DNA of 64,000 bases from Octopus sinensis (taxonomy: Eukaryota). Location of the stretch: positions 5,704,001-5,768,000 of the forward strand of contig NC_043015.1 in NCBI RefSeq assembly GCF_006345805.1, read 5' to 3'. The first letter of the stretch is position 1; every line of letters starts with the position of its first letter. Position numbers and translations under genes: made by a program. Under the pieces are notes generated by a model that saw only the letters and a program-made list of their open reading frames with translations, had not been told where the DNA came from and made no database searches. Positions 37,640 through 51,506 of this stretch are shown here, piece after piece.

Positions 37640-38204
37640 AACAACAAACAAGATGAAGACAAATATCCGAATTTGTAAACAATGTAAATACTGTACAGAC
37701 AGACATTGCTATGTTTGTTGTAAAATCAATAATCGAACTCAGTTCTAAATAACATCAGTGCAGAGCAGTGGTGCTCAATACTTTTATGCAAATGAGATCT
37801 CCCAAGGACACTTTTTAATATGCTTATCATTATGTATATATATATATACTTTAATATGCTTATACGTACCTCTTCTTTTAAATATGTTTATCCTTTTACA
37901 TATATATATATATAATATATATGCAATTTTGAATTTAGTTCTTAACAGACTCCCATACATTACAAGTCAACCATTCGTATACATGTACTGTTTTATCATG
38001 CGGGTTGTAATTTACAATATGCGCTTGGTGAAATGATGACCAAATTGAAGTTAGCTGCTCTAAATTCTAAAAAAAACAACTTGTTGCTTACTAAAATGTG
38101 GTAGGAACTTGTCTCATATCTACGCGCGTGTGTGCGCATGATTGTGTATGTATATATCCAAAGGCACTTCTTATTGTTATTTTTCCTCCATTTTCTTTTC
38201 CTGC

Positions 38205-38236
<32 letters not shown>

Positions 38237-38332
38237 TTTTATGATAATAAGGGAATATTAATTCCGGCGTCACAGGGATGAGATATTCAAGTTAAGAATA
38301 TTAAGTTGAATTATTCTCAATAAATAAATACA

Positions 38333-38599
38333 TATATATCAAAGTATCATTAGTAGACAGAAATCCCCATAAAATTCATCAAATCAGGATATAAATTCAA
38401 CCATGTCATAGAATATTATATTTACTACTTACTATTCATGTTCAAAGTGGTCGACTACACTTGTTTCATGAGGTTGTATACTATGTTCCGGAGACACGCA
38501 GTCTCTTACAGAACCTCCCCTTATATACAACCCCAATCTTCAGATCTGATTTGTTGAATTTTATGGGGATTTCTGTTTCTAATGATACTTTGATATATA
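38333..38599. repeat. Inverted repeat of ~55 bp (38333-38387 / 38546-38599) in an (AT)n context
   Basis: atcaaagtatcattag...aaatccccataaaattcatcaaatcag is mirrored by ctgatttgttgaattttatggggatttctg...ctaatgatactttgat. Confidence 0.85.
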
Positions 38600-38606
38600 C
38601 ATACAT

Positions 38607-38660
<54 letters not shown>

Positions 38661-38789
38661 TTGTGTGTGTATTATACATACAATGAATGCATGCATACAT
38701 ACACACATACATACATGAATTCATGCATATATACATACATTTTATATATATATATATTTATATACATACATACATATATATATATAATA

Positions 38790-38845
<56 letters not shown>

Positions 38846-39789
38846 GTATATATATATATATTATACATACAATGAATGCATGCATACATACATGAATACA
38901 TATATACATACATACATACTTACATACATACATAAATACATACACACATACACACATACATACATGCATACATGCATGTTTACAAATACATATATGATGG
39001 TAGACTTAAGTTGTCCGAGAAAGACAGTTCTGCAATTTCTTGCTGAACGAACTGCACAATTTTATGTTTATAGCGATCATAATTAACTGCTCTAGATTAG
39101 CTTCCTTCCTTCAATCGGATCGATGTGGTCTGATTAAATGAACGATGTTGAAGTGATCACTGAGGTACTTGAGATGAAGAGATTTGCTCTAGAACACTGG
39201 ACACCGCCTGGCTCTGAAATTTAAACACCAAGCCACTTGACCATACCTCCTGTCTGTTTTTCATTCTCTCTACCACCGACTAGGTTAAACGCAACACATA
39301 CCTTCCACCGTATTTTCAAGTATATAAAACCTATTTCGAGGTTTTCTGCATGGGCGGATACACTGAGTTTTCGGTGTATAAGTAATTGTGAACTCCATTT
39401 GAAGCTTCAACATTTATTCTTGAAGATTGTCTCTAAATCTCATTTATCAGCCGCCATCCTCTTAACGTTTGTCGAAAATATTAACCACTGTCAATTACGT
39501 AAACGCATAATATATGGTAGTTTTACTTCTGAGAATTCGGCTTCTTTTTCTGTGGCATAACACGAAACACAATACTTATATACTTTCTCTCTCTCTCTCT
39601 CTCTTTCTCTCTCTCCTTCTTACTTTGTCTATCTATATATATATATATGTATACACACATATATGTATATATGTATATATATATATACACACACATATAT
39701 GTATAGATGTATATATATATATATATATACATGTATATATGTGTATGTATATATATATACATACATATATATATATATATATAAATATA

Positions 39790-39842
<53 letters not shown>

Positions 39843-39904
39843 TGCCTGTATATATGTATAAAAAATATATTTATATAAATATGAATATATATATATATAT
39901 ATGC

Positions 39905-39937
<33 letters not shown>

Positions 39938-40217
39938 TTATGTATGTATGTATGTATGTATGTATGTATGTATGTATGTATGCTTAAAACGATTTGTTCC
40001 TTGGTTTGATGGAAATGTTAAAGAACCTGTCCAAAGTTAAGTTGTTACGTAAAAGCTATAATCTAAATTAAAAGTTTCTATATCCGACGAAATTCCTTAG
40101 ACGAAAGCCTACCAAATGCGATAATTTCCATTCTGAGTAATGTCAATCTTGATTTGTTTCAAAAAGTGTATAGATAAATGCTGGCTTTTACATTGAAAAA
40201 AATGTTAATATTAAGTC

Positions 40218-40251
<34 letters not shown>

Positions 40252-40594
40252 TAATAATAACAACAATAAAAATAATAAAATGTTTCAAACTAGCATATTG
40301 CATTTGGATCTTTTGAAAGATTTCACCCAAAATATGATTTTTGTTGCTATTTGCGACTTATTTCATACAACATATTTCATAAATACAAATTGAAGCTTTG
40401 AAATAATTCTTTACAATTTATTTAGCGAATATTTTAGTTTTATTCTATGTGGGTGTATTGTGTGTGTGTATGTATGTGTGTGTGTCTGTGTGTGTGTGTG
40501 TTTTTTTTTCCATGTATTATTTGCATATCATAAGTTTTATTAATGCCTTCATGTTTCGTAGATATTCGCTTGAAATGTGAGATATAAATCAACA

Positions 40595-40920
40595 TAGGCG
40601 TAGGAGTGGCTGTGTAGTAAGTAGCTTGCTTACGATCCACGTGGTTCCTGGTTCAGTTCCACTGCGTGACACCTTGGGCATGTGTCTTCTACTATAGCCT
40701 CGGACCGACCAAAGCCTTGTGAATGGATTTGAGAGATGGAAACTGAAAGAAGCCCGTCGTATACATGTATACACAAATATAGCGGTGCGGTAAAAGAGCC
40801 CGATAGAATAAGTAGTAGGCTTACAAAGAATAAGTCCTGGGGTCGATTTGCTCGACTAAAGGCGGTGCTCCAGCATGGCCACAGTCAAATGATTGAAACA
40901 AGTAAAAGACAGAAAGAGAG
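40595..40920 (+). mobile_element. SINE family A (internal deletion)
   Basis: Matches the family A head and tail. Confidence 0.85.
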
Positions 40921-41419
40921 TATAGGATTGTAGTGCGACATATATGTGTATTTGTGTGCGCGCGCTTGTGTATGTGCATGTATGTGTGCATGTATGAGTC
41001 TCTCTGTTTATAATGAGTGGTTAACTTATTACTGTTGGAGGAAACTCTGTTGAAGCTTCTCATAAGAATCATTCCTGTAAAGCGTGTCATGAACTTAAAG
41101 CAATCTCCCTGCCTATATCATTCGGTGCCTTCAGGATAATTCCAACAGCTGCAAACATTAGAACTAGCTCTCCCGTTTGAGTATAATTTTCTTCATCCAG
41201 CACCAACAGCCAGTCTCTGTAACACTGATATTATCAAACGGGATGCCCTTCGGATTTTTGACCATAGAATTAGAAATAATATTAACTGTGACTAAAATAT
41301 TGCATGTTTCACTTATCATATTGTTTATTAAAACAACTCTGTTGTCATCAACGTTACGGAACATTATAACACCAACGAATTTACATAAGATTACAAATAC
41401 GATGATTAGCGACCCTGCT

Positions 41420-42037
41420 AAGGCGGCGAGCTGGCAGAATCTTTAGCACGCCGGGCGAAATTCTTAGCGGGTTTTCGTTTGCCGCTACGTTCTGAGTTCA
41501 AATTCCGCCGAGGTCGACTTTGCCTTTCATCTCTTCGGGGTTGATAAATTAAGTACCAGTTACGCACTGGAGTCGATGTAATCGACTTAATCCGTTTGCC
41601 TGTCCTTGTTTGTCCGCTCTGTGTTTAGCCCCTTGTGGTTAGTAAAGAAATAGGTATTTCGTCTGCCGTTACGCTTTAAGTTCAAATTCCACCGAGGTCG
41701 ACTTTGCCTTTCATCCCTTCGGGGTTGATAAACTAAGTACCAGTTACGCACTGGAGTCGATGTAATCGACTTAATCCGTTTGTCTGTCCTTGTTTGTCCC
41801 CTCTATATTTAGCCCTTGTTGCCAATAAAGAAATAAGAATCGTTAGCACGCCGGGCGAAACGCTTAGCAGAATTTCGTCTATCTTTATGCTCTGAGTTCA
41901 AATTCCGCCGAGGTCAACTTTGCCTTCCATCCTTTCGGGGTTGATAAATTAAGTACCAGTTTCGCACTTGGGGTCGATTTAATCGACTAGCCCCATCCCA
42001 AAACATTTTGGTCCTTGGGCTTAGAGTAGAAAAGATT
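41420..42037 (+). mobile_element. SINE family B head-to-tail trimer
   Basis: Full copy 41420-41653, with restarts at ~41654 and ~41837. Confidence 0.85.
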
Positions 42038-42789
42038 ATCAACACTGCTATTTTATTTTATTTTACTTTATTTTATTTTTATTTTTAGACCAGAGTTAAA
42101 TTGTTATAGCTGGAACGATTTTGATCATAAGTCTTACTCCTTCAGGACTGATTTGAGATTACATAACAGCAAGTGTGATTAAAATATAAAAAAGAGATTA
42201 GCGTTCTCGTTAATAATGAACTGAGTCAAATCATTATCAATACTTGCTCTTTTCTTACAGTTTGGAAAATCAATACCGAGAGGGGAATAGTATGAGTGTG
42301 ATTAATCTTGCACATCAACGAACTTTCTAACTCAAGTACAGCACCGAAAGATATTCCATAATACCATTCTGTATAGGTGTTTCTTATTTCTTTGATTTTT
42401 CACTCTTCTACCAGCAACTCATAAGATATCAAGTTTAAAGACGGTGATTAAATTGTTAGGTCCTATCTTAGCAAGTTTTCTAATTCATGTGACTGTGGTT
42501 AATGTGTCTGTTTAGCAACCCCATTCTTTTATAATTCAGTATAACTGTTTGGTAAATATCATATCCTCGGATCCAGCAATGCTTTGAGACCATAGGATCG
42601 GAACGAAAGGGTGCATACGGTACAAGTACACGCTCTAGATATTTTATAGAGGCAAACAAAACGCTTTGAATATCCTCCGGAAAAAAAATTGGGTGTCTCC
42701 CCTACGCGTATTTCGTCACTTTGTGAGATAACATTTTCGTAGATGGAAAATGCGTAGAAAAACGTTGTACTTGTGTATATATAATTATG

Positions 42790-43020
42790 AGGCGGCGAGC
42801 TGTCAAAAACGTTAGCATACCGGGTGAAATGCGTAGCCGTATTTTGTCTGTCGTTACGTTCCGAGTTCAAATTCCGCCGAGGTTGACTTTGCCTTTCATC
42901 CTTTAGGGGTCGATAAATTAAGTACCAGTTACACACTGGGGTCTATTTAATCGACTTAATCCCTTTGGCTGTCCTTGTTTGTTCCCTCTGTGTTTAGCCC
43001 CTTGTGGGTAGTAAAGAAAT
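42790..43020 (+). mobile_element. SINE family B
   Basis: Full-length match to the family B consensus. Confidence 0.85.
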
Positions 43021-43826
43021 ATATAATTATGATTATTTTTGCTACAGTAAATAATTTCAAGCAAGAGATAATTCTTTAGAAACGGCAGTGTAGTCTCTTT
43101 ATTGAAAAGCTATTATTATATTGACATTAATGGATTGAAGAGGGGGTAATCACTTTATCTGACGATCGGAATTTATTTGTAATGTGCTGATGTTAAATCT
43201 GCGTGTGTGTGTGTGTGTGTAGGGATATAAGCATGAGTTTGCGTTCGTGTGTGCATAGAAATGTTTTCCAGAGACATTTAATTGTGGTAAATTGTGTTAA
43301 TGTATCAAAAATAACCTGCAATATTTAGACCAAGAGAAATTCGCACTCACACACCCCTACCAGCAATTGAAATGTGGTAAGCATATAATCGATGCTATTC
43401 TTCACGAAATACGATTTTGCCTTTATATAAACCGACATGTGATTACAGTTATTTATATAGCAGATCCTTTCAAATGATCATCATTTGAAATATGAGGATC
43501 TCTTGAAGTCTTCTTATTCATACAACATATATTTCCTAAGTCTAAGTTTAGCAGATAATTTGATATAAGGTATTTTTAGATAGTGTGTTTATCGTAGTTT
43601 AATGGTTAATTAGAATGTGTGGTAGGTATTGAATGCATTAAGATATAGCCCTGCTTCTGGATCTAAATAATTGCCGTCGGAGAGGTAATAAAGTTGTCAC
43701 CATAGCTTAATATATACAGAAATACATAAAGAGCAAATGTGAAGAAAGAAGTATTATACTCGCTTTTCAGACGGAGCCTTTCGTCCGCAACCCGATTCAT
43801 GTCAATGTAGTGTCCTATGAATTTGT

Positions 43827-44131
43827 GGAGGCGCATGGCCTCGTGGTTAGAGCAGCGGACTCTGGGTCGAGGGACCGCGGGTTCGAATCTCAGACCGGGC
43901 GATGTGTGTGTTTATGAGCGAAACACCTAAGCTCCACGCGGCTCAATCAGAAGGTAATGGCGAACTTCTGCTGACTTTTTCGCCACAACTTTCTCTCACA
44001 CTTTTCTCCTGCATCTTGAGGCTCACCTGCAACGGATCGGCGTCCCGTCTAGGTGGGGAACCTATACGTCAAGGAAACCTGGAAACCGGCCCTATGAGTC
44101 AGGCGTGGCTCGAGAAGGAACAAACAACAAA
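43827..44131 (+). mobile_element. tRNA-derived SINE, family D
   Basis: ggaggcgcatggcctcgtggttagagcagcggac...gggttcgaatctc (A/B boxes). Tail gaaggaacaaacaacaa. Confidence 0.85.
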
Positions 44132-44856
44132 GTGCCCTATAAAATTAATACCTATACTTCAAGCAATAATCCTCTAAGAGAATTGTGTTGACACTTCAAC
44201 AGTAAACTATTTGCAAGTTGCACAACCAATTTACAGTAAACAATACCTTGTCTCAAGTTGCAATCTAAATACTTAAGGGAGATAACCGAGAATGAGCCTA
44301 CAGCGTTGATAACTCAAAGGGAAAACGGGAGAGAGTTGGAATAATTTGGATGTATTATTGCTATATCGTTGAAATTGCGCTTGTCGACTCTTATCAAAAG
44401 ACTTTTTTCCATCAAGTTCTTATCGCATAGAGATATAATACGAGGAATATATAATGGAATGCATTGGATTAATCCATAAATCCAATGCACTATGTGTCGT
44501 GTGCATAAGTTTAGTTGAACAAAAGCTTACCTGCTCAAGAATGTTGAGGTTTGTGTAATATTTGCGGTACTTACAGAATTTCTGTATCCTTTCATATTCA
44601 TTGAAAGCCAGGCAAACTTATTTGTTAGAAAGGTTATGAGGGTTCTTAATAATCTTCAGTGTTTGAGATTAATGAACTTATTTATATTGCTTCTCTTTTG
44701 TTCTGTGAATGAGTTGTCATGAACAAGTGTGTGTATGTGTGCATGTTTGTATGTGTATCAGTGTGTGTGTGTGTGTGTGTGTGTCTGTCTGTCTGTCTGT
44801 CTGTGCCTGCGTGCGTGTGTGCATGAGTGTGTGTGCGCGTGTATGTGCGTGCGTGA

Positions 44857-45089
44857 AGGCGGCTATCTGGCAGAAACGTTGGCACGCCGGGCGAAATGCG
44901 TAGCCGTATTTCGTCTGTCGTTACGTTCTGAGTTCAAATTCCGTCGAGGTCACCTTTGCCTTTCATCCTTTCGGAGTCGATTAAATAAGTACCAGTTACG
45001 CACTGGGGTCGATATAATCGATTTAATCCGTTTGTCTGTCCTTGTTTGTCCTCTCTGTGTTTAGCCCCTTGTGGGTAGTAAAGAAATAG
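44857..45089 (+). mobile_element. SINE family B
   Basis: Full-length match. Confidence 0.85.
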
Positions 45090-46313
45090 AATGCGCGCCT
45101 TTTCTTTAATGTTTCTTTTAACTGTATGTGAGGGTAAGATTTATTCGAACGATAATTCAATAAACCCAGAGATGTAGGTCAAGTGTTTTGATGTTTAGAA
45201 AACATCGAATACATTGCGTCAGTGTCTTTTCTTATTGAGGTTCGCTGTGACAAGAAATGGTGTATCATACAATCGAAAGGACATACTTTTATTTCGAGTG
45301 CATTTGTGTTTATAGTCATAGAATATATGTAAATCTAATCTGTGAGATCATTACGCAAACTATGATAAAGTGAGCCATGCAAAATTTCATTTATTCTAGT
45401 TGGTTGTTTTTTTATGAGTATGTGCCAATACTACGGCGACAGAAGGGGAACGAGAAAACGAACGAGTGTGAGTAAGATTTTACGTAATCCATGATATATC
45501 TAATATGTTCTATGTACACCGAATAATTGTCGTTTTTGGTATTGGACAACTGTTGTACGACTGTCGTTTTGATTGATTTCCTATGTAGTGGATGTGTGGA
45601 GTGAATATATCTTCTGTAATTTTACTTGTATATGCGGTAAATCTACCATGGTGTGTTTGGTAGCTGACAGCATATCATATCTTTGTTGTTGATTGAAAAG
45701 AAAATGTTCGCTATAGTTGTAGTCATATAAAAGTAAGTATGGATCGACCGGCCTCTGTTCAAATGCAGTCCACATGTCAATATCCTTTCTTTCTTCAATA
45801 TATATCATTATTTAATACAACCTTACTTCTTCAATGATGGTGAGGTAAGCGAGATATAACTGGTGATTTTAGTTGGTTGAACAGCCATAACGAGGCTAAT
45901 ATACACATAGTGAATAGCGGAAAACATACGTTACTGAATGTAGTACATTTGAATGTTGTACATTGTAATTACATCGGTTGCGTGAAAGTTTGGAATGTAT
46001 AAAATAACTGCGTTCTTATTTTTGTTATTGTTCAGTGATATTCGAGTGTTTAGCGAGGATAATAAGCATCTGTTCCGGAGTTTTGAGACTGTCCGCCATA
46101 AAGGTGTTGAAACTAGATGTGATAAATAGCAAGCGGCATTAAGATATGAGTTATTGAAATATGCATCATTTGTATTAATATTGGATATTTTAAAGGAAAA
46201 TATCTTTTGTTAAGACGATATTGTGTTCCAAAGTTTGTTAATATTCCACTGGCTTTAGAATGCGATAGACGTATAGATATCTCATCCAGATATTAATGCA
46301 TGTGTATTGCATT

Positions 46314-46547
46314 AGGCGGCGATCTGGCACAAACGTTAGCCCGCCGGGAGAAATGCGTAGCCGAATTTCGTCTGCCCTTACGTTCTGAGTTCAAATTACG
46401 CCGAGGTCGACTTTGCCTTTCATCCTTTCGGGGTCGATAAATTAAGTACCAGTTACACACTGGGGTCGATGTAATCGACTTAATCCGCTTGCCTGTTCTT
46501 GTTTGTCTCCTCTGTGTTCAGCCCCTTGTGGCTAGTAAAGAAATAAG
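46314..46547 (+). mobile_element. SINE family B
   Basis: Full-length match. Confidence 0.85.
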
Positions 46548-46839
46548 TATTGTATTATCCATCGTCTGTTAGATAATTTAAAATATGAAATAAATATTTC
46601 AAAAACCGTAAAATTCGTTGTGAAAAGAATAAATAGGGTATTTACACATTATGATTAATAATTTCGTGATCACCAAACACAGGAAATATGTGATTGTCTT
46701 TTTTTTTCTTCATATTCATTCGAAAATCAGAATAATCTTCAGTTCATATAGATAGGAATATATTAAGCTACCATTAGGATTATTAGGTAGATTAATATAT
46801 TAATACTGCTCTTCAGAGAAATTTGCTTATGTATGATAG

Positions 46840-47450
46840 ATATGGATGCAAATTGTGCAGTAAGACTTTTGAGAGGCATTTTAAGAAGGAAAGACTTGTA
46901 GGAAGAGGACAGAATAGTGTGGACCATCTAATCATAAAACACGTGGCAAATCATAACCAGATTCAAACCACAGCGGAATGCTACAACAAAGACCTCTTCC
47001 CGACAGGAAACTGCAGGCTATAAAACTAATGGATCACAAAGTGTTCGCAGAAAACCGTGGGTTCGTTGGCCTCCTGCTACTAAAAAAGTAAATGATAAAG
47101 AGTTTGAGAACAAGGTATGTAAAGCTTTATTTAAACTGACAGGATCCACTGTGGAGAAACCAGGGAAGTTAGCAAACTCAATATACGATAGAGGAATGGA
47201 ATTGTTTGGAGTAAAAAGGTATGAGAACCGAGTGGCAAAATAAAACTGTAAACCAAGGAGGAGGAACAGGAGAATGAAACATTTCAGGATGGAAAAGAAC
47301 AGCCTTAGAAAGAGATGGAAATGTGCGGAGGAAGACGAAAAACCTGGCCTCGCACAGCTGTAAAAAGATTTTAAAAATAAATGATGCCATCGTGAGGAGG
47401 GTCTGGAAACGGCACGCATTCTTTCTTGATGACCCCATAACCTTGCTAGC
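46840..47450 (+). mobile_element. Degraded N-terminal fragment of a Hero/NeSL-like (RLE) non-LTR retrotransposon
   Basis: VRWPPATKK...EFENKVCKALFKLTGSTVEKPGKLANSIYDRGMELFG...RRRNRRMKHFRMEKNSLRKRWKCAEEDEKPGLAQL resembles the pre-RT region of Hero-type ORFs (recalled, not searched). In-frame stops. Confidence 0.6.
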
Positions 47451-47734
47451 ACCCGGTATGAGAGCATCTGCAATGTGTTTGCAATAAGAAATATATATAT
47501 TACGTATATAGTAGATATACTAACAGGGCTCCTTTAGCTATATTTTCTTAGTTTCGAAACTTAAAAGGTTCTCATCAGAGGTAACTACGTCAATTTGACT
47601 AATCCAGACAAACAAGCAGTCGATCTATTTATATGTTCCAAATTTTTATATTATATTTTATATCAGGAGTCTGTAAACGGAGATCTCTGTCTACACAGAA
47701 CCAAGTTATGATAGCTCTCGACTACACATTCTTT

Positions 47735-47886
47735 ATTTTTTTTCCTTGTGTCTTTCTGTGTTCCTTTCTATGGAAGAGTGTAGACTCGAAACGTTAAAGA
47801 CATTTTCACTTCCCGAGCATTATACTAATACATCTGTTTGTTGTCTACACCACCTGTCTTCGACATTTTTGTGAATTCACCCCACT

Positions 47887-47890
<4 letters not shown>
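47735..47890 (+). mobile_element. Family H1 repeat with degenerate hammerhead at 47764-47799
   Basis: CTTT-CTATGGA-A-GAGT-gtag-ACTC-GAAACGTT-AAAG. Ends at (AT)n. Confidence 0.6.
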
Positions 47891-47950
<60 letters not shown>

Positions 47951-48522
47951 GTATATATATGTGTGTGTGTGTGTATGTGTGTATGTATGTATGTATGTAT
48001 GTATGTATGTATGTATGTATGTATTTGCGTGTTTATACTTATTTTGTGGCGAGGAGTGTACATCTAAGAATTATAAATCTTTATATGAATAATCGCATAA
48101 TCTTATATCCATATTTGCATTACATTCAGAGGTATTTATTTCGGTTTTATTTCCATCTGTTTTTTTTTTTAATTTTATGTTAGGCGATATTTTTCTTAAC
48201 TCAAGAAGATTTTTTTTTTTAAGCTGAAACCTTATCGAAACAGCTTCCATTCATTTCACTAATTTTATCGCCGTTAGAAAATTTAAGCACTTTCAAAGTT
48301 ATATATTATTTACTGTATCATTCTTTAATATTTTCAATATGTATTTTCGTATACATTCATATATAAGCTTTCTATGATTAATGCCAAAATGCATATGTTA
48401 TCATTTAGAATATTACAATCACGTTTTAGTTGCAATATGTTATAGCAATAATTGCGTCATTAAATAAATTACATTCATGAATAAAGTATTCAAATCTATA
48501 TTATAATTCCTTTAAGAAAACT

Positions 48523-48566
<44 letters not shown>

Positions 48567-48985
48567 TATAATATATATATATAAGCATTGAACATCAGCT
48601 AAAACATAACACTTTTTTAAAGCTAATATTCATATCATGAGCTACTTATCTACTTAAATAAAATTTGGCGTGCATTTCTTTAGAAATCATTGCTATACAC
48701 ATTGATTTACTTTGAAATGGTTAGCTGCCATTCATATATATTTTGGCATAGAGATGTTTTCAAAAATTCACTCTTTATTGGCGTAGGCTTTCCCGCATTC
48801 ATTTTTATAGAGTTTTTCTGTTATTTTCATCTTATGAAATAACGATGCTCCCGAACTATATATATTTCTTTTTTTTTTACATATAATGAATATTCTTTAT
48901 GCATTTATTTTTTAGATATTCTTGCTCATTGTGTATATAGGTTAACCCTATATGTTTCTGTGTGCATAAGCATATATTATATACC

Positions 48986-49023
<38 letters not shown>

Positions 49024-49059
49024 ATATATATATTATAATATTATATATATATATATATA

Positions 49060-49117
<58 letters not shown>

Positions 49118-49121
<4 letters not shown>

Positions 49122-49320
49122 CGCAGGTGTGGCTGTGTGGTAAGTAGCTAACATACAACCACATGGTTCGGGTTCAGTCCCACTGCGTGGTACCTTGGGC
49201 AAGTGTCTTCTACTATAGCCTCGAGCCGACCAAAGACTTGTGACTTAATTTGCTCGACCAATACCGGTGCTCCCGCATGGCCACAGTCAAATGACTGAAA
49301 CAAGTAAAAGAATAAAAGAG
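49118..49320 (+). mobile_element. SINE family A (internally deleted)
   Basis: Head joined directly to tail. Confidence 0.8.
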
Positions 49321-49347
49321 TATATATATGTATGTAATGTATGAATG

Positions 49348-49384
<37 letters not shown>

Positions 49385-49386
<2 letters not shown>

Positions 49387-49585
49387 CGGGAAGGTCTACG
49401 AAAATAAACAAAAGACGAAGGCAGGTGGAGTACAAACAAACAATTGTATTAGTATGGCGCTCAGGAATAGAAATAAAACAAGTCTTTTACGTTTCGAGCC
49501 TACGCTCTTCAACAGAAAAATACACAGAAAAGAAACAAGGAGAGAAAAAAATGCGTGCAGGAGCTAACGATACAACATGGCGTTC
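49385..49585 (-). mobile_element. Family H1 repeat with hammerhead-like motif at 49484-49519
   Basis: TTTT-CTGTTGA-A-GAGC-gtag-GCTC-GAAACGTA-AAAG on the minus strand. 3' end at (AT)n. Confidence 0.65.
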
Positions 49586-49785
49586 TGGTCTCACTTTTAT
49601 CCAATATTCTACTAATATCACTACCAACTCTTACCTCTGCATTGGATTTTTTTACCTCTAAGGATACTTACCTCTGGCTGCAGCTCTCTTTCACGGATCA
49701 AAGTGACTTTGTTATATACATATATATAGATGTATATATATATATATATATATACACAGACACACACACACACCACGGCGCACAC

Positions 49786-49825
<40 letters not shown>

Positions 49826-49847
49826 TTGTATCTACATATATATATGT

Positions 49848-49896
49848 AGCTTCCTGATGATTTCTTTTGAATGAAACATTCTAGTCTGTAGAAGCT
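49848..49896 (+). ncRNA. Solo intact type I hammerhead ribozyme between (AT)n runs
   Basis: Stem I AGCUUC/GAAGCU (6 bp), core CUGAUGA, stem II UUC-uuuu-GAA, GAA, stem III ACA/UGU. GUA cleavage predicted after 49890. Confidence 0.8.
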
Positions 49897-49918
49897 CTTC
49901 TATAAAATAAATAAATAT

Positions 49919-49967
<49 letters not shown>

Positions 49968-50591
49968 ATAATATATATATATACATACATGCATATATAT
50001 TTTAATAATACCATGCAACGTCAGCGTGTGCAGTCATATTTTACAGGTTTCCTTGTCCTGGAATATGGGAACACATGTCGGTGAGAAAATAGTCCACTGA
50101 GAAAATTATTCTCACAAACAAATGTTTCGAAATATATTGGGCTATGAACGATATCACCGGATCTTTGGATACATGCTTTTCTGCGTCATTGCACTCTGTC
50201 ATTACGAACACCTAGCTCGTCTTTTACATCCATATAAGAACTATTGATCTTCTTTATAAAACCTGTAAATAGTATATTAACCGATGAGACTTATAAATAT
50301 TATTTACTAATGAGCCAACCCAATCAGAGTTGAATAAAATATCTTAGCCTGAAATTATACTTTTCTTAGCCTGAAATTATTCTTAACAAGCTGTGACAAG
50401 ACATTTCGCTTAGGAAATATTTCCGCGAGATTTGCGCTATGAGTGACGCCATCGGATTACATTTCTTCATAACGCACATCGTCGGCTACGAATATAGGAG
50501 TCATTGTTTAGTCCTATCAGAAAGATAATGCATGTCTACAAAAACAGTAAATAGTATAATCCCTTATGTGCGTAAAGCATCGTTGATATGC

Positions 50592-51100
50592 ATTTTAACA
50601 AGAGAAGCGAATCTTTTGGGTGTGCTAACAATACTCTCCAGGCTGGATTTTTAAACAACAAGACTCGCACTAAATACACTCGAATAAAATATAACTAGTT
50701 GTAGGTTCGAAAACTCCATTCCTATAGTAAGCGTGGTTTGATGAGAAGCATGAAGCCTTCTACACCAGGTAGAAGGCTTCATGTTGTTGGGATGGGGGCA
50801 ATGTATTACACAACTAGCACTTATTTTGACAAGCCCTGAAAAGGTGAAAAGCAATGTTGATGAAGGCTGAACTGAAATACAGAACTTAAAGCTGGAATAA
50901 TTGTCTTTAAGCATATTTAGTATTTTAAGCTTTATAAAACATCCATCTCTTTCAGTAAATCAACTGACAAGATTGCACAATCATTTTCTTGATTTGCATA
51001 ATCTTATCCAATTACCTCATCAATACCATTGGCAAACAATAAGTATCCCTTTAACAAAAACCTGTATACGTTTGCTGTGTGTTTATGCGCGTGAGTGAGA

Positions 51101-51135
<35 letters not shown>

Positions 51136-51462
51136 TATCACCGTGACCGACCAGGTTATCAGATTTTGTTACACCTCGCTTGTCACAATGCGCTTCGCAT
51201 TGATTTATCCTTCAAATGACGCCACCCCCGCTGAATAAGCAAACAGGCCTACAAAAGAAAGAGTGGGAGAAAGTTGTGGCGAAAGAGCACAGCAGGGATC
51301 ACAACGACCCCCTTCCAGTGCCCCCTGGAGCTTTAGATGTTTTCGTTCAATAAACACTCACAACGCCCGGTCTGGGAATCGAAACCGCGATTCTACGACC
51401 GAGTGTTCGCTGCCCAAACCACTGGACCATTGCGCCTCCACACACACTCACATACACACACA

Positions 51463-51506
<44 letters not shown>

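Noticed and set aside
43827-43900. SINE heads as functional tRNA genes
   Set aside because: They continue into repeated SINE bodies and lack complete cloverleaf pairing.
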